DNA of 37,398 nt from Promethearchaeati archaeon (GTDB taxonomy: Archaea > Asgardarchaeota > Heimdallarchaeia > JABLTI01), in the NCBI GenBank assembly GCA_013166835.1, contig JABLTI010000016.1:1-37398 (forward strand), in the 5' to 3' direction. The position numbers and the translations under genes are program-made. Under the pieces are notes generated by a model. That model saw only the letters and a program-made list of their open reading frames with translations. It had not been told where the DNA came from and did no database searches. This document shows positions 9,927-19,576 of the stretch, piece by piece (positions within the stretch are counted from its first letter, which is position 1; the number at the start of each line of letters is the position of its first letter).

Positions 9927-10170
9927 TTGTCCATCCTTCTTAATTCATTTAATGAAATTAATTACTATTTACTATCAATTGATTTTTAATTTTTCCAATA
10001 TAAGTAATGAATTATTCATACATAATTAAATTAAAAGATTTTGAAATATAAGGATGTTGAACTGAGAGAAATTACAAATTTATCTAAGAGTGAATTTTTT
10101 GAGTTAGTGATGATATTTTTGGAATAAGATTTTTCTCTCAACTCTATATCCATGATTCTTTATTATTAAA

Positions 10171-10830
10171 TCAATTTTTCTTCTTTACATTTTTAAGATA
10201 TTTTTCGAAATCAGCTAAAAACTCATCGATATCTACAATTTCTTCTGAATCGATATAGGATTCTAGTATAAGATGTGATAATTTTTTCAGTTTTTTAGCT
10301 TGTTCTTGAAAATCTGAATCTTCAACTGAAAGTGAAACATAATGTGTTAGCTGTTGCTTAATTAGTTCTTCCCCTTCAATCTCAATATCTAATTTCTTAG
10401 CAATCTGATTTAATGCTGTAAAAATATAAGTGAACCAACTGATTGTGCTATTAAATTCTTTTGGTGATGGGACATATGTGTATGGATTTCTAGAAACAGT
10501 AACAGTTCCTGTCTGTGCCCATAATCTAAGAAATTTATCATATAAGTAACCACCCATCATAAAAACGATTAAAATTAATATTGTTAAGAAGAATTCTCCA
10601 CGCCAAAAACCTTGATCTCTAAACCAAGGGATTTTTGACACATAACTTACCGCAAGTAATGCTGCAAAAGTTAGTAAACCAAAAATAGCTCTTGATTGAT
10701 CGAGTCTAAAACGCCACTTCATAGCTAAAAGCTTAAACCATGTCCAGAAAGTCTTACCAGAAAATTTTGCTTTTTTTTCTTCTTTTACAGACTCAATATT
10801 GGATTCTTTTTTTGTCATCTTTATTCCCAA
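10171..10830 (-). CDS. Hypothetical membrane protein (two TM helices, acidic helical C-terminus)
   Basis: 219-aa ORF with two hydrophobic segments followed by GYLYDK...W...SRNPY. Downstream of and co-oriented with wecB. Confidence 0.7.
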   Translation of the reverse strand: MGIKMTKKESNIESVKEEKKAKFSGKTFWTWFKLLAMKWRFRLDQSRAIFGLLTFAALLAVSYVSKIPWFRDQGFWRGEFFLTILILIVFMMGGYLYDKFLRLWAQTGTVTVSRNPYTYVPSPKEFNSTISWFTYIFTALNQIAKKLDIEIEGEELIKQQLTHYVSLSVEDSDFQEQAKKLKKLSHLILESYIDSEEIVDIDEFLADFEKYLKNVKKKN

Positions 10831-10901
10831 GAAATCAGTAATTCTGTTATTTAAAATTCTTATTACAGTTTATTATAAAAGGTGTAAAGTCGAAAATCAA
10901 C

Positions 10902-11954
10902 CTAAACAGAGTTATTTAGAATTTTTATAATTCTTTTACTTGTATCTTTGAATCCATAAAGATTTTCTGAATATTGTATCTTTTTAGTGAGCATATATTC
11001 TACTTTCCCAGTAATTTCAGATGGATTTGCTAATATATTACCTCCCATTTCAATGGTTTCAATCCATTCAGTTGTATCTCTAACAGTAATGCAAGGAATC
11101 CTATTCCAATAAGCTTCTTTTTGAACTCCACCTGAATCAGTGATAACTGCTCGTGCTTTCTTCAGTAGATATGAAAATTCTAGGAAACCTAGAGGTTCAA
11201 TAATAGTAACTTGTTTTTGTATTTCTGCTAAAACACCGATTTCTACTAATTTGTTCCTCGTCCGTGGGTGTAATGGAATAATTACATCATGCTTTATCTT
11301 GCAAATTTCTTTTATTATTTGAAGTAATTTCTTATTTGTCGTATTTTCAGCTCGATGAATTGTGGTTAATATAAATTCATCTGGAATAGCTATTTGTAGA
11401 GTAACGGCATTAATTTCATTATCTAGCATTTTAGCTAATTCAAACATTGTATCTCCTACTTTATACACACCATTTGTTATGCCTTCTTTTTCTAAATTAT
11501 TCACTGCTGAATCAGAAGGACAAAACAATAGATTAGAACAGTGATCTGTTAAAATTCGATTAATTTCTTCTGGCATGTTTTTATCATAACTTCTTAATCC
11601 AGCTTCCAAATGTGCAACAACTATATGCTGTTTTGTAGCAGCTAATGCTCCACCTAATGTAGAATTTGTATCCCCTGGAACAATGACTATGTCTGGTTCC
11701 TCTTTATTTAGAACATCTTCAATGCCATGTAAAATTTGCCCAGTTTGTTGTCCATGAGAACTCGAGCCAACATTTAGATTATAATCTGGTTTATCTGGAT
11801 ATAACTCTTTGAAGAAGACATCAGACATGTTACTATCATAGTGTTGTCCAGTATGAACAATTAGACTCTCATGTTTTGTATTTCTAAGTGCTTTAATCAA
11901 AGGATACATTTTAATGAAATTAGGGCGTGCTCCAACAACAGATATAATTTTCAT
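10902..11954 (-). CDS. wecB: UDP-N-acetylglucosamine 2-epimerase, non-hydrolysing
   Basis: VGARPNFIK, HTGQHYD, GDTNST, HLEAGLRS, MPEEINR, HRAEN, TDSGGVQKEA and TEW motifs. Confidence 0.95.
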   Translation of the reverse strand: MKIISVVGARPNFIKMYPLIKALRNTKHESLIVHTGQHYDSNMSDVFFKELYPDKPDYNLNVGSSSHGQQTGQILHGIEDVLNKEEPDIVIVPGDTNSTLGGALAATKQHIVVAHLEAGLRSYDKNMPEEINRILTDHCSNLLFCPSDSAVNNLEKEGITNGVYKVGDTMFELAKMLDNEINAVTLQIAIPDEFILTTIHRAENTTNKKLLQIIKEICKIKHDVIIPLHPRTRNKLVEIGVLAEIQKQVTIIEPLGFLEFSYLLKKARAVITDSGGVQKEAYWNRIPCITVRDTTEWIETIEMGGNILANPSEITGKVEYMLTKKIQYSENLYGFKDTSKRIIKILNNSV

Positions 11955-12126
11955 AATATCTCAACTTAGAGTAAATTATCTTGTTTGAATTTTAATATTT
12001 TTGAGGAAATAAGAAAAAGCGAAGAATTAATTAGACTATAATAACCTTTTCTGCTTTTTTTTGCTCATAATTTAATCCTTAATACTTAATATTCATGTAA
12101 CTAATCGTAAGTTGGTGAAAGAAAAT

Positions 12127-13560
12127 ATGCAAGAGTATGATATAATTGCTATAGGAACTGGTTCAGCTATGAATATTATTTCTGCAGTATCACAAGCGAA
12201 TCCTGATTTAAAAATTGCTGTGATTGATAAGGATGAACCTGGAGGGATTTGTCTAACTAAGGGATGTATACCTACAAAGATCTTGTTATATCCTGCTGAA
12301 GTAATTAGAACTATTCAGAGAGCAGGAATATTTGGCATAGACGTTGATATTAAAAAAATTGATTTTAAATTTGTCATGGAGAGAATGCGAGAGATAATTG
12401 GAGAGGATATGAGTAATATAAAAGAAGGATTATCACAAACTCCAGATTTAGATTATTATCAGGAAACAGCAGAATTTATTGATAATTATACTTTGAAAGT
12501 AGGAGATAAGAAAATCAAAGGAAAACAAATTCTGCTTTGTACAGGATCAAAACCTACCATTCCAAATATTAAGGGACTGGATAAAATAGACTATCACACA
12601 AGCGATAGTATATTGCAAATAAGTGAATTACCTCGCAGCATCTGTATTGTTGGAGGTGGGTATATTGCAGCTGAATACGGGCACTTTTTCTCTGCCATGA
12701 GCAGCAATGTATCAATCATAGGTCGCAATCCACAATTTCTACCACAAGGAGAACCAGAAGTTTCTGCTTTAGCTAAAAAAGAACTTGGAAAACATATGAT
12801 GATTTATACAGATTCAGAGGTTCGAGAGGTAGAAAAAGAATCAGATGGAAGAGTGAAAATTATAGCTGTTAACAGAGAAACAAATGAGAAAGTAGAAGTA
12901 ATCGCTGATGAACTCTTTATAGCCGCTGGTAGAAGTTCAAATGCAGATATTTTACATCCAGAAAAAAGTGGTGTTTTAACAGATGAAGATGGTTGGATTT
13001 TAACTAACGCTTTAATGGAAACTTCTAAGAAAAACATCTATGCTTTTGGAGATGCAAATGGAAAGTACTTATTCAAGCATGCTGCAAATTATGAAAGTCA
13101 AGTTGCTTATTACAATGCGATTCACAATCGAGGTTACAAGGCGAGTTATCATGCTATTCCAAGTGCAGTGTTTACTGACCCAGAAATTGCTAGTGTTGGC
13201 ATGGGAGAACTGGACGCAATTAATGAATTTGGAAAAGAAGAAGTATTAATTGGCTTTCAAAGATATCAAGACACTGCAAAAGGTATTGCTATGGTGGTAA
13301 AGGATTTCTTTGTTAAAATCATTGTCAAGAAAGAATCTATGGAAATATTGGGAGCACATATTATTGGTCCTTTTGCTTCAGTTTTGATTCAAGAGATCAT
13401 AACTTTGATGTACACTCCTGAGAGAACTGCGGTTCCAATATTCCAAGGAATGCATATTCATCCTGCTTTGAATGAAGTTGTAGAACGAGCTGTAGGAAAT
13501 CTTATGCCTATTGATCATTATCATCATTTCATTCAACACATTGGTTTACCGGAGAAATAA
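12127..13560 (+). CDS. Dihydrolipoamide dehydrogenase / mycothione reductase-like pyridine nucleotide-disulfide oxidoreductase
   Basis: GGICLTKGCIPTK redox disulfide, GGGYIAAE NAD site, FGD, FTDPEIA and HIHPALNE (HP-x3-E). GGTGA SD at 12114-12118 favours the ATG at 12127. Confidence 0.9.
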   Translation: MQEYDIIAIGTGSAMNIISAVSQANPDLKIAVIDKDEPGGICLTKGCIPTKILLYPAEVIRTIQRAGIFGIDVDIKKIDFKFVMERMREIIGEDMSNIKEGLSQTPDLDYYQETAEFIDNYTLKVGDKKIKGKQILLCTGSKPTIPNIKGLDKIDYHTSDSILQISELPRSICIVGGGYIAAEYGHFFSAMSSNVSIIGRNPQFLPQGEPEVSALAKKELGKHMMIYTDSEVREVEKESDGRVKIIAVNRETNEKVEVIADELFIAAGRSSNADILHPEKSGVLTDEDGWILTNALMETSKKNIYAFGDANGKYLFKHAANYESQVAYYNAIHNRGYKASYHAIPSAVFTDPEIASVGMGELDAINEFGKEEVLIGFQRYQDTAKGIAMVVKDFFVKIIVKKESMEILGAHIIGPFASVLIQEIITLMYTPERTAVPIFQGMHIHPALNEVVERAVGNLMPIDHYHHFIQHIGLPEK

Positions 13561-13630
13561 CACAAAGAAGAATTAAAATCAATGAAAAAGGTTTTAAAAA
13601 AAATATCCAGTTTAAGGTAGAGGATTTCCT

Positions 13631-15247
13631 TTGAGCAAAACAACAAAAGTAGAAACTAAAAGTGATTTAGTGCCATCTAATGAAAATCGTTTGTCAAAAT
13701 ATTCCCTTGTCATAGATTTGTTCAGCATGACAACATTAGCATTATTGATTTCTGTTCTAATGATTATGCATAAGAAATTCAGTGGTGCAATGTATGAGAA
13801 CTGGGTAATCATTGTTGTAGGGTTAAGCCTAGAATTATTTTTCATTGGGTTAGCTGTTTTGGACTCTATAAGGAAGAATCCCTTAGAAAGAATGTTTGGT
13901 TCTAGAATTTTCACTTTGCCAGTATTTACAATCACAGTTTTGGTAATCACAGCAATATTCTGGGGCAGAGCTGAGCAATTAGCTATTGTCTATGGTGCTA
14001 TTTGTGGTGGATTTGCAGGATATTTGGCTGGGGCACTAGCTTATGGAAATTTCTTTGTGAAGATTAAAGACTTTGTTTTCCGCATTGTTTTTGGCGGATG
14101 GATTGGTGTTTCAATCGGAGCAATTTTTGGTGCACTTTTTGCAGGATTAATTAATCCCTTGTTTGAAGAGGTTTTTGCAGGAATCTTCATGGGTTTCTGG
14201 GGAGGTGCAATTGTCTCAGGACCTCTTGCGGTAATTCTCTTTGTAGTTCTTGAAAAAAATATCAGTTTTAGAAATTTCTTTTCAAAATTACTGGTTTATG
14301 ATGTATACAGAAAGGTAAAAGCAAGCACAGAAGAAGTTCTTGTCAAAGCTGTAAATGATGATTCAAAAATCATAACCAAGTATCTTTCTGATCTTGAGCT
14401 TTTGACTGTAAGTGAAGACATTGATGAAACAAAAGAAAGTGAAGATGAATCTTTCTGGGAAAAGTTTCTGAGAATATTCTTGTATATTATTTTCTTAATC
14501 AATCCATGGGAAATTGAAAACGAAACTATTAGAGTTAATGCCTATAAAGATATTTTTGCCTTGTATTTCTCAGAGAAATACCTCGAATCACTTGATCAAA
14601 GTACAAAAGGGATTGCTGTGGAGAAATATCAAACTGAATCTGATACAGGAAGTAAATTACGAGAAACAATAATACACTCACTTGAATGCTTACCAATTGA
14701 AAGATCCAAAGATATGATCCTACATTCATTAAATGATCCAAGTTGTCAAGTTATAATTACAGCAATTAAAACTGTAGGGAATTTGAAGATGAAAGAGGTA
14801 GTGCCACATTTACAAGTTATTCAATTTGGTGAATTTTCTGGTTGCTGGGAATCAAAAACAAATAAGGCAATTGCAAAGAAACTAATAACTAACGCTAACA
14901 ATGCTCTTTCAAAAATATTCGAACACCCGATAACTGAATTGGAAAAACTAGCTGGAAAGATAATTTATACAAACAAAGATTCCTATGATTCTACAACTGA
15001 TTTAATTCCTGATGGACTTATTCTAACACAAGATGATATTATTCAATTATATCATTTACTAATTGATGGTTATAAGGCGTCTCAAAAAAAGGCAGACGTA
15101 ACAAGAGATCAAATCCTTGATATAGTTAGCTATATAGCAATAAGATTACCTCCAGAGGAATTGAAACCTTTTGTAAAGAGATTGTATAAAGAAGGATTGA
15201 AAAATTTGGCAAAGAAAATTGAAAAATACGAAGATGTCTTTGTTTAG
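13631..15247 (+). CDS. Membrane protein with Gly-rich TM helices and a C-terminal HEAT-like helical domain
   Basis: About 7 hydrophobic helices with GxxxG runs (GAICGGFAGYLAG, GGWIGVSIGAIFG), then a SLNDPSCQVIITAIKTVGNL..KEVVPHL HEAT-like unit. Confidence 0.65.
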   Translation: MSKTTKVETKSDLVPSNENRLSKYSLVIDLFSMTTLALLISVLMIMHKKFSGAMYENWVIIVVGLSLELFFIGLAVLDSIRKNPLERMFGSRIFTLPVFTITVLVITAIFWGRAEQLAIVYGAICGGFAGYLAGALAYGNFFVKIKDFVFRIVFGGWIGVSIGAIFGALFAGLINPLFEEVFAGIFMGFWGGAIVSGPLAVILFVVLEKNISFRNFFSKLLVYDVYRKVKASTEEVLVKAVNDDSKIITKYLSDLELLTVSEDIDETKESEDESFWEKFLRIFLYIIFLINPWEIENETIRVNAYKDIFALYFSEKYLESLDQSTKGIAVEKYQTESDTGSKLRETIIHSLECLPIERSKDMILHSLNDPSCQVIITAIKTVGNLKMKEVVPHLQVIQFGEFSGCWESKTNKAIAKKLITNANNALSKIFEHPITELEKLAGKIIYTNKDSYDSTTDLIPDGLILTQDDIIQLYHLLIDGYKASQKKADVTRDQILDIVSYIAIRLPPEELKPFVKRLYKEGLKNLAKKIEKYEDVFV

Positions 15248-15333
15248 TTTTGATTTCTATTTCGATATTCACTTGCAAATCATTTTAATTCTTCATAGAT
15301 AGTTTATTGTTAGATATATTTGAGGTGAGTCTT

Positions 15334-16761
15334 GTGAATATCGCAATTATAAATACAAGAATACTATCTTTTAGAGGAAATAATCTTGGTATTATTGATA
15401 ATGGTGCAATTGGCATAACAGATAATCATATCTCGTTTGTTGGTACTATGGAGAAATTCAACAAACAGGATGCAGATATTGTAATAAACGGCGACAATCA
15501 CGTAACAATGCCAGGATTGGTTAATGCTCATATACATACTGGCTCAACGCTACTTAGAGGGGGAGCACAAGACTTACCAGAAATAGAGTGGATGAATAAA
15601 GGGATTGGACCTATTGGTAGACACATGAAACCTGAGGATGCTATAGTTGGTTCCAAGCTTGGTGTCTTGGAGGGATTAAAATCTGGCACAACAACCTTTG
15701 CAGAATATACTTCAAATGTTTCAAATCTTGTAAATCATGTCTATCTTCCTTTTGGTGCTCGAGTAGTTGCTACTGAAACCATAAATGAAGTAAGCCCAAA
15801 AAGGGATCATTTGAAACCAACTGATCTATATGAATTCGATCGACAGAAAGGAGAAACAGCTTTCAAAAGAGCTAGTGAATTATTCAAGAAATACCAAGAT
15901 GAAGAATTAGTAAGTTGCATGTATGGTCCACAAGCGCTAGATATGATTTCAATAGAATTACTAAAGAGTATACAAGAAGAAGCAAAAAGCAGAGAAAGTG
16001 GTATTCATATTCATGTTGCACAAGGACAACGAGAAAGACTACAAATCATTGAGAGATTCGGGAAAGATGCTTCAACTGTAAAAATTCTTGAAAAGAATGA
16101 GCTACTAGATGAGAATCTCTTAGGGGCTCACTGTCATGACACTAGTGAAGCTGAAAGAGCACTCATGGTTAAAAGGGGAGTGAAAATGGTTGGGTGTCCT
16201 AGTTCTATCAGCATGATTGATGGGATAGTTCCCCCCATTGGTCACTTTGTAGCTTTAGGTGGCAAGGTAGGTATTGGTTCTGATCAAGCTCCCGGACCCG
16301 GATTACATAACATGTTTTGCGAAATGCGAACCATAAGTAATCTTACAAAGGTAATAATGAAAGATCCAACTGTTCTTCCAGCTTGGGAAGTCCTACAAAT
16401 TGCTACAGTAGGTGGCGCCCAAATTCTTGGCCTTGATAAAAAAATAGGAACACTAGAGGTTGGAAAACAAGCTGATATAATAATGGTCAATCTGAATTCT
16501 CTGAATCTTGCCCCTGCAGTTTCAAAACCATTTAGAAATTACATTCCAAATTTGGTTTACTCCTCAACTGGATATGAAGTTGAGAATGTAATAATTAATG
16601 GTAAAATGATTATCGAAAATAATGAATTCGTATCAATTAATACCGATGAAATATTGAAAGAAGCAAACAAAAGAGCGGAAAGGATTTTCAGTGATGCAAC
16701 AGATGACTGGATAAAAGCAGGATCTAAACTTGTAAAAGATGTAGAAGACGGTTTTCTCTAA
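15334..16761 (+). CDS. Metal-dependent amidohydrolase (MTA/SAH deaminase / chlorohydrolase-like)
   Basis: MPGLVNAHIH, SGTTT, HIHVAQ, AHC, GSD and GTLEVGKQADI motifs. GAGGTGA SD at 15322-15328 points to the GTG at 15334 (ORF track 15307). Confidence 0.88.
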   Translation: MNIAIINTRILSFRGNNLGIIDNGAIGITDNHISFVGTMEKFNKQDADIVINGDNHVTMPGLVNAHIHTGSTLLRGGAQDLPEIEWMNKGIGPIGRHMKPEDAIVGSKLGVLEGLKSGTTTFAEYTSNVSNLVNHVYLPFGARVVATETINEVSPKRDHLKPTDLYEFDRQKGETAFKRASELFKKYQDEELVSCMYGPQALDMISIELLKSIQEEAKSRESGIHIHVAQGQRERLQIIERFGKDASTVKILEKNELLDENLLGAHCHDTSEAERALMVKRGVKMVGCPSSISMIDGIVPPIGHFVALGGKVGIGSDQAPGPGLHNMFCEMRTISNLTKVIMKDPTVLPAWEVLQIATVGGAQILGLDKKIGTLEVGKQADIIMVNLNSLNLAPAVSKPFRNYIPNLVYSSTGYEVENVIINGKMIIENNEFVSINTDEILKEANKRAERIFSDATDDWIKAGSKLVKDVEDGFL

Positions 16762-16780
16762 TGCTCTCTTCTCCCATCAT

Positions 16781-17269
16781 TTATAATGGGGGATTTGCAG
16801 TTTCATAATTAGCCGCATAAATTCGATATGTTTGTTTTCTTTGTGTCTCTCGAATTTGGAGTGTAAATTCATCTAAATTATCATACCAAGTTTTCTGTGG
16901 CTTGTTTTCATCTTTTTCATTTACGTTTCGTTCATCATATCGAAATCTGAGATACTCACCAAAAGTCATATTGTAGGGAGTAAGATAAAATTTCTTTACG
17001 AAAATTTGAATGGCTAGTATTTGAAAGAATGCTATGAGAGATCCTAGAATGATGAAAGGCCACAATTGGAAATTTTGAACTATAGTGAAGTAAATAAGAA
17101 TCGGAATAGAAGTAATTGCTACGAGAAGTACTGGAACTGCAATAATTATAAACCCAATTTCGAATATGTAAAAATTACTTTTATAGAATTTCTCTTTAAT
17201 CGCAATACTTCTAAGACTAGATTTTTCTGTCTTCTTTTTTCTTTCAGAACGCAGCTTCATCGAATTCAA
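16781..17269 (-). CDS. Hypothetical membrane protein (two TM helices)
   Basis: 162-aa ORF with a basic N-terminus and two long hydrophobic segments. Fills the gap convergent with the amidohydrolase. Confidence 0.65.
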   Translation of the reverse strand: MNSMKLRSERKKKTEKSSLRSIAIKEKFYKSNFYIFEIGFIIIAVPVLLVAITSIPILIYFTIVQNFQLWPFIILGSLIAFFQILAIQIFVKKFYLTPYNMTFGEYLRFRYDERNVNEKDENKPQKTWYDNLDEFTLQIRETQRKQTYRIYAANYETANPPL

Positions 17270-17446
17270 TCAAGTAAACCTTCCATACTACTAACTGTTA
17301 TTGCTTGATATTTCCTTTTTATTTTATCGATTAGAATTATAAATAAAATAGGTAATTTCATATTTATTTTATAAGAAAAATATATATCATTATTGGTTCA
17401 TGAAAAATCAATCTATTCTAAACTCTTCAATTGAGGTAAATAGAAA

Positions 17447-18034
17447 TTGAATAGGTACAAGACAATTATTCCAACCATTAATTTCAAATTACATCTAATT
17501 TTATTCTTTGTAACAGGTACATTATGGGCACCGATCTACAATTTGCTATGTTTTCTAAGTCTTAACAAATTAGCGAAATTACCATTATCAGAGGGAGTTC
17601 CCTCACCTAAGAATTCTGCAATTGGTAATTTTCTGCTAGCACTATCTTTTATTGGAGCACCATTTGCTTTCTTCAGAAGATTCCAATTATTGAACAGCTA
17701 TATTGCTGAAATGAATTCCCATCTCAAACCTTTACCAAAAACTGAGGATGAAAATGGTAAAGAAATCATTCAAGAAAGATTGAATTGCATGAAGCCTGGG
17801 AGTTTTGTTGGGTTTGCTATAGTAACTTTCTTTCTAATTGGCATAATCGTAACTTCTTATATTTTGGTTTCCTTATTCATCGTGAGATACTCATCTTGGG
17901 GGAATGAAGCACTTCTAATCCTCTTACCATCAGGAATTGCTGCAACTTTTGTTGGGTTTGGTTTCAGTGTTCGAACTGCAAAAGAAGAACAAAAATGGGT
18001 GAAAGCATTCAATGCTTTAGCAGAAGAATTATGA
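17447..18034 (+). CDS. Hypothetical membrane protein (about 4 TM helices)
   Basis: 195-aa ORF with GAGGT SD before the TTG start and four hydrophobic segments. Confidence 0.65.
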   Translation: MNRYKTIIPTINFKLHLILFFVTGTLWAPIYNLLCFLSLNKLAKLPLSEGVPSPKNSAIGNFLLALSFIGAPFAFFRRFQLLNSYIAEMNSHLKPLPKTEDENGKEIIQERLNCMKPGSFVGFAIVTFFLIGIIVTSYILVSLFIVRYSSWGNEALLILLPSGIAATFVGFGFSVRTAKEEQKWVKAFNALAEEL

Positions 18035-18095
18035 TTTAATTATAGAAAATTAAGTCTTTAATTGAACCATCTACTAAAGACCAATTACATTTTTA

Positions 18096-19187
18096 TTAAT
18101 CTTTAAGTTGTGCACAGCTTAACATCATTTTACCAAAACGTTCTTTTGATACACATTCTCGACAATCAATACATGATGCCTCTTTTTGACCTTCCCTCAA
18201 TTTGTTTGGAAAATCGGGTTCATTTATCAGAGGTTTGCTCATTGAAATTAAATCGGCTAGATTACAATCCAAAATTGCGTTCATTGCAGATACATTTCTT
18301 ATTCCGTCTACTAAAGCTAAGGGGACGGAAGGAACGGTATTTCTTATCTTTTCAGCATGTCCAGCAAAGTTTGCTTCATAATATAGCGATTCTTCTACAG
18401 GTTTTGCTCGAGTCTTTCTGATATCACGATTTTGTTCTGGTCCGCCACCAGATATTTCAATTAAGTCTATCCCTTTTTCATCTAACCAATTTGCTATGAC
18501 AACTGATTCCTTTATTGTTATACCACCTTCAGGAGCAAAATCATCACAATTCATTTTGACAGCAACTATGGGAGCATTTCCGATCTTCTTTTTTATTACA
18601 TCATAAATATCGAGGAGAAGTCTTACTCGGTTTTTAAGTGGTCCACCATATTTGTCTTCACGTTTATTTACTCTATCAGAAAGAAATTGACTGACAAGAT
18701 AACCATGTGCTGCATGGATTTGTACACCATCGAAACCTGCTTGAATTGCTAAATCAGCTGCGTTTGCAAATCCTTCGATGATTTGTTGGATATCATCCAA
18801 TGATGCTTCTCTTGCTTCCCAGTTTTCAGTTATGTACTGTGAAGCTGTTACTCTATCCACTTTCCCAGACATTCCAGCATGATTTATTTGAGCAATTATT
18901 GGAACGTCATGAGAATGAACAATTTTAACTAGTTCTTCCATTTTAGGCAAATGCCTCTCGTTTGTAAGTCCTGATTGGCCTGTGTGAGCTTTTCCACTCT
19001 CCAAAACGTATGAGTGTCCTTTAATTATGAAACCTAAACCACCTTTTGCTAATGCATCATAATATTCCAAAATAGGTGCTCTTAGTACCCCTTCCTCATC
19101 CGACCAGTAAGAAGTAGTTGCTGATCTTATCAACCGATTTTTCAATTCCAAATTTTTAATTTTAAATGAAGTGAAGATTTTTGACAT
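18096..19187 (-). CDS. NADH:flavin oxidoreductase (old yellow enzyme family) with C-terminal Cys motif
   Basis: LKNRLIRSAT, AQINHAG, AGFDGVQIHAAHGYLVSQFLS and NKREDKYGG motifs; C-terminal CIDCREC...C. A GAGGT SD favours the ATG at 19187. Confidence 0.92.
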   Translation of the reverse strand: MSKIFTSFKIKNLELKNRLIRSATTSYWSDEEGVLRAPILEYYDALAKGGLGFIIKGHSYVLESGKAHTGQSGLTNERHLPKMEELVKIVHSHDVPIIAQINHAGMSGKVDRVTASQYITENWEAREASLDDIQQIIEGFANAADLAIQAGFDGVQIHAAHGYLVSQFLSDRVNKREDKYGGPLKNRVRLLLDIYDVIKKKIGNAPIVAVKMNCDDFAPEGGITIKESVVIANWLDEKGIDLIEISGGGPEQNRDIRKTRAKPVEESLYYEANFAGHAEKIRNTVPSVPLALVDGIRNVSAMNAILDCNLADLISMSKPLINEPDFPNKLREGQKEASCIDCRECVSKERFGKMMLSCAQLKD

Positions 19188-19274
19188 AAACAAACCTCAA
19201 TCTAGTAAGTTATTTATACTATAAAAAATTATGATATAGGTTTCATTGGGAAAGTAGATTATCTATTTGAGAAT

Positions 19275-19574
19275 TTATTCTTCAATACAAATAGGGCAAT
19301 CTTTACATTTTTCTTCCTTATTATCCCAACAATTTTTGCAAATTAGGAAATTACATTGACCACATCTAAAGAATTTACCATCCATTTCATCCTTAAGATC
19401 ATTAAAAATTTCCTGAAACGATTTCTCAAGTTGTTCTATTTTCTCTTGTAATTTCTTCGAGACCTTGATTTCTTCATGACAACAATCACAGAAGAAGTTG
19501 AGAATCATTTCTCCATTCTTTATCATATAATTAAATCCGGATGGGAGTTTTGGATCGAATTTTTCTTGAGTCAT
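19275..19574 (-). CDS. Small Cys-rich, probable Zn-binding protein
   Basis: 99 aa with CDCC, CGQC, CKNC and CKDCPIC. Confidence 0.7.
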   Translation of the reverse strand: MTQEKFDPKLPSGFNYMIKNGEMILNFFCDCCHEEIKVSKKLQEKIEQLEKSFQEIFNDLKDEMDGKFFRCGQCNFLICKNCWDNKEEKCKDCPICIEE

Positions 19575-19576
19575 AT

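Noticed and set aside
16770-16792. Hairpin TCCCAT...ATGGGG between convergent genes as a terminator
   Set aside because: The stem is short and half of it lies within the Pro-Pro-Leu codons of the minus-strand gene, so it is likely chance.
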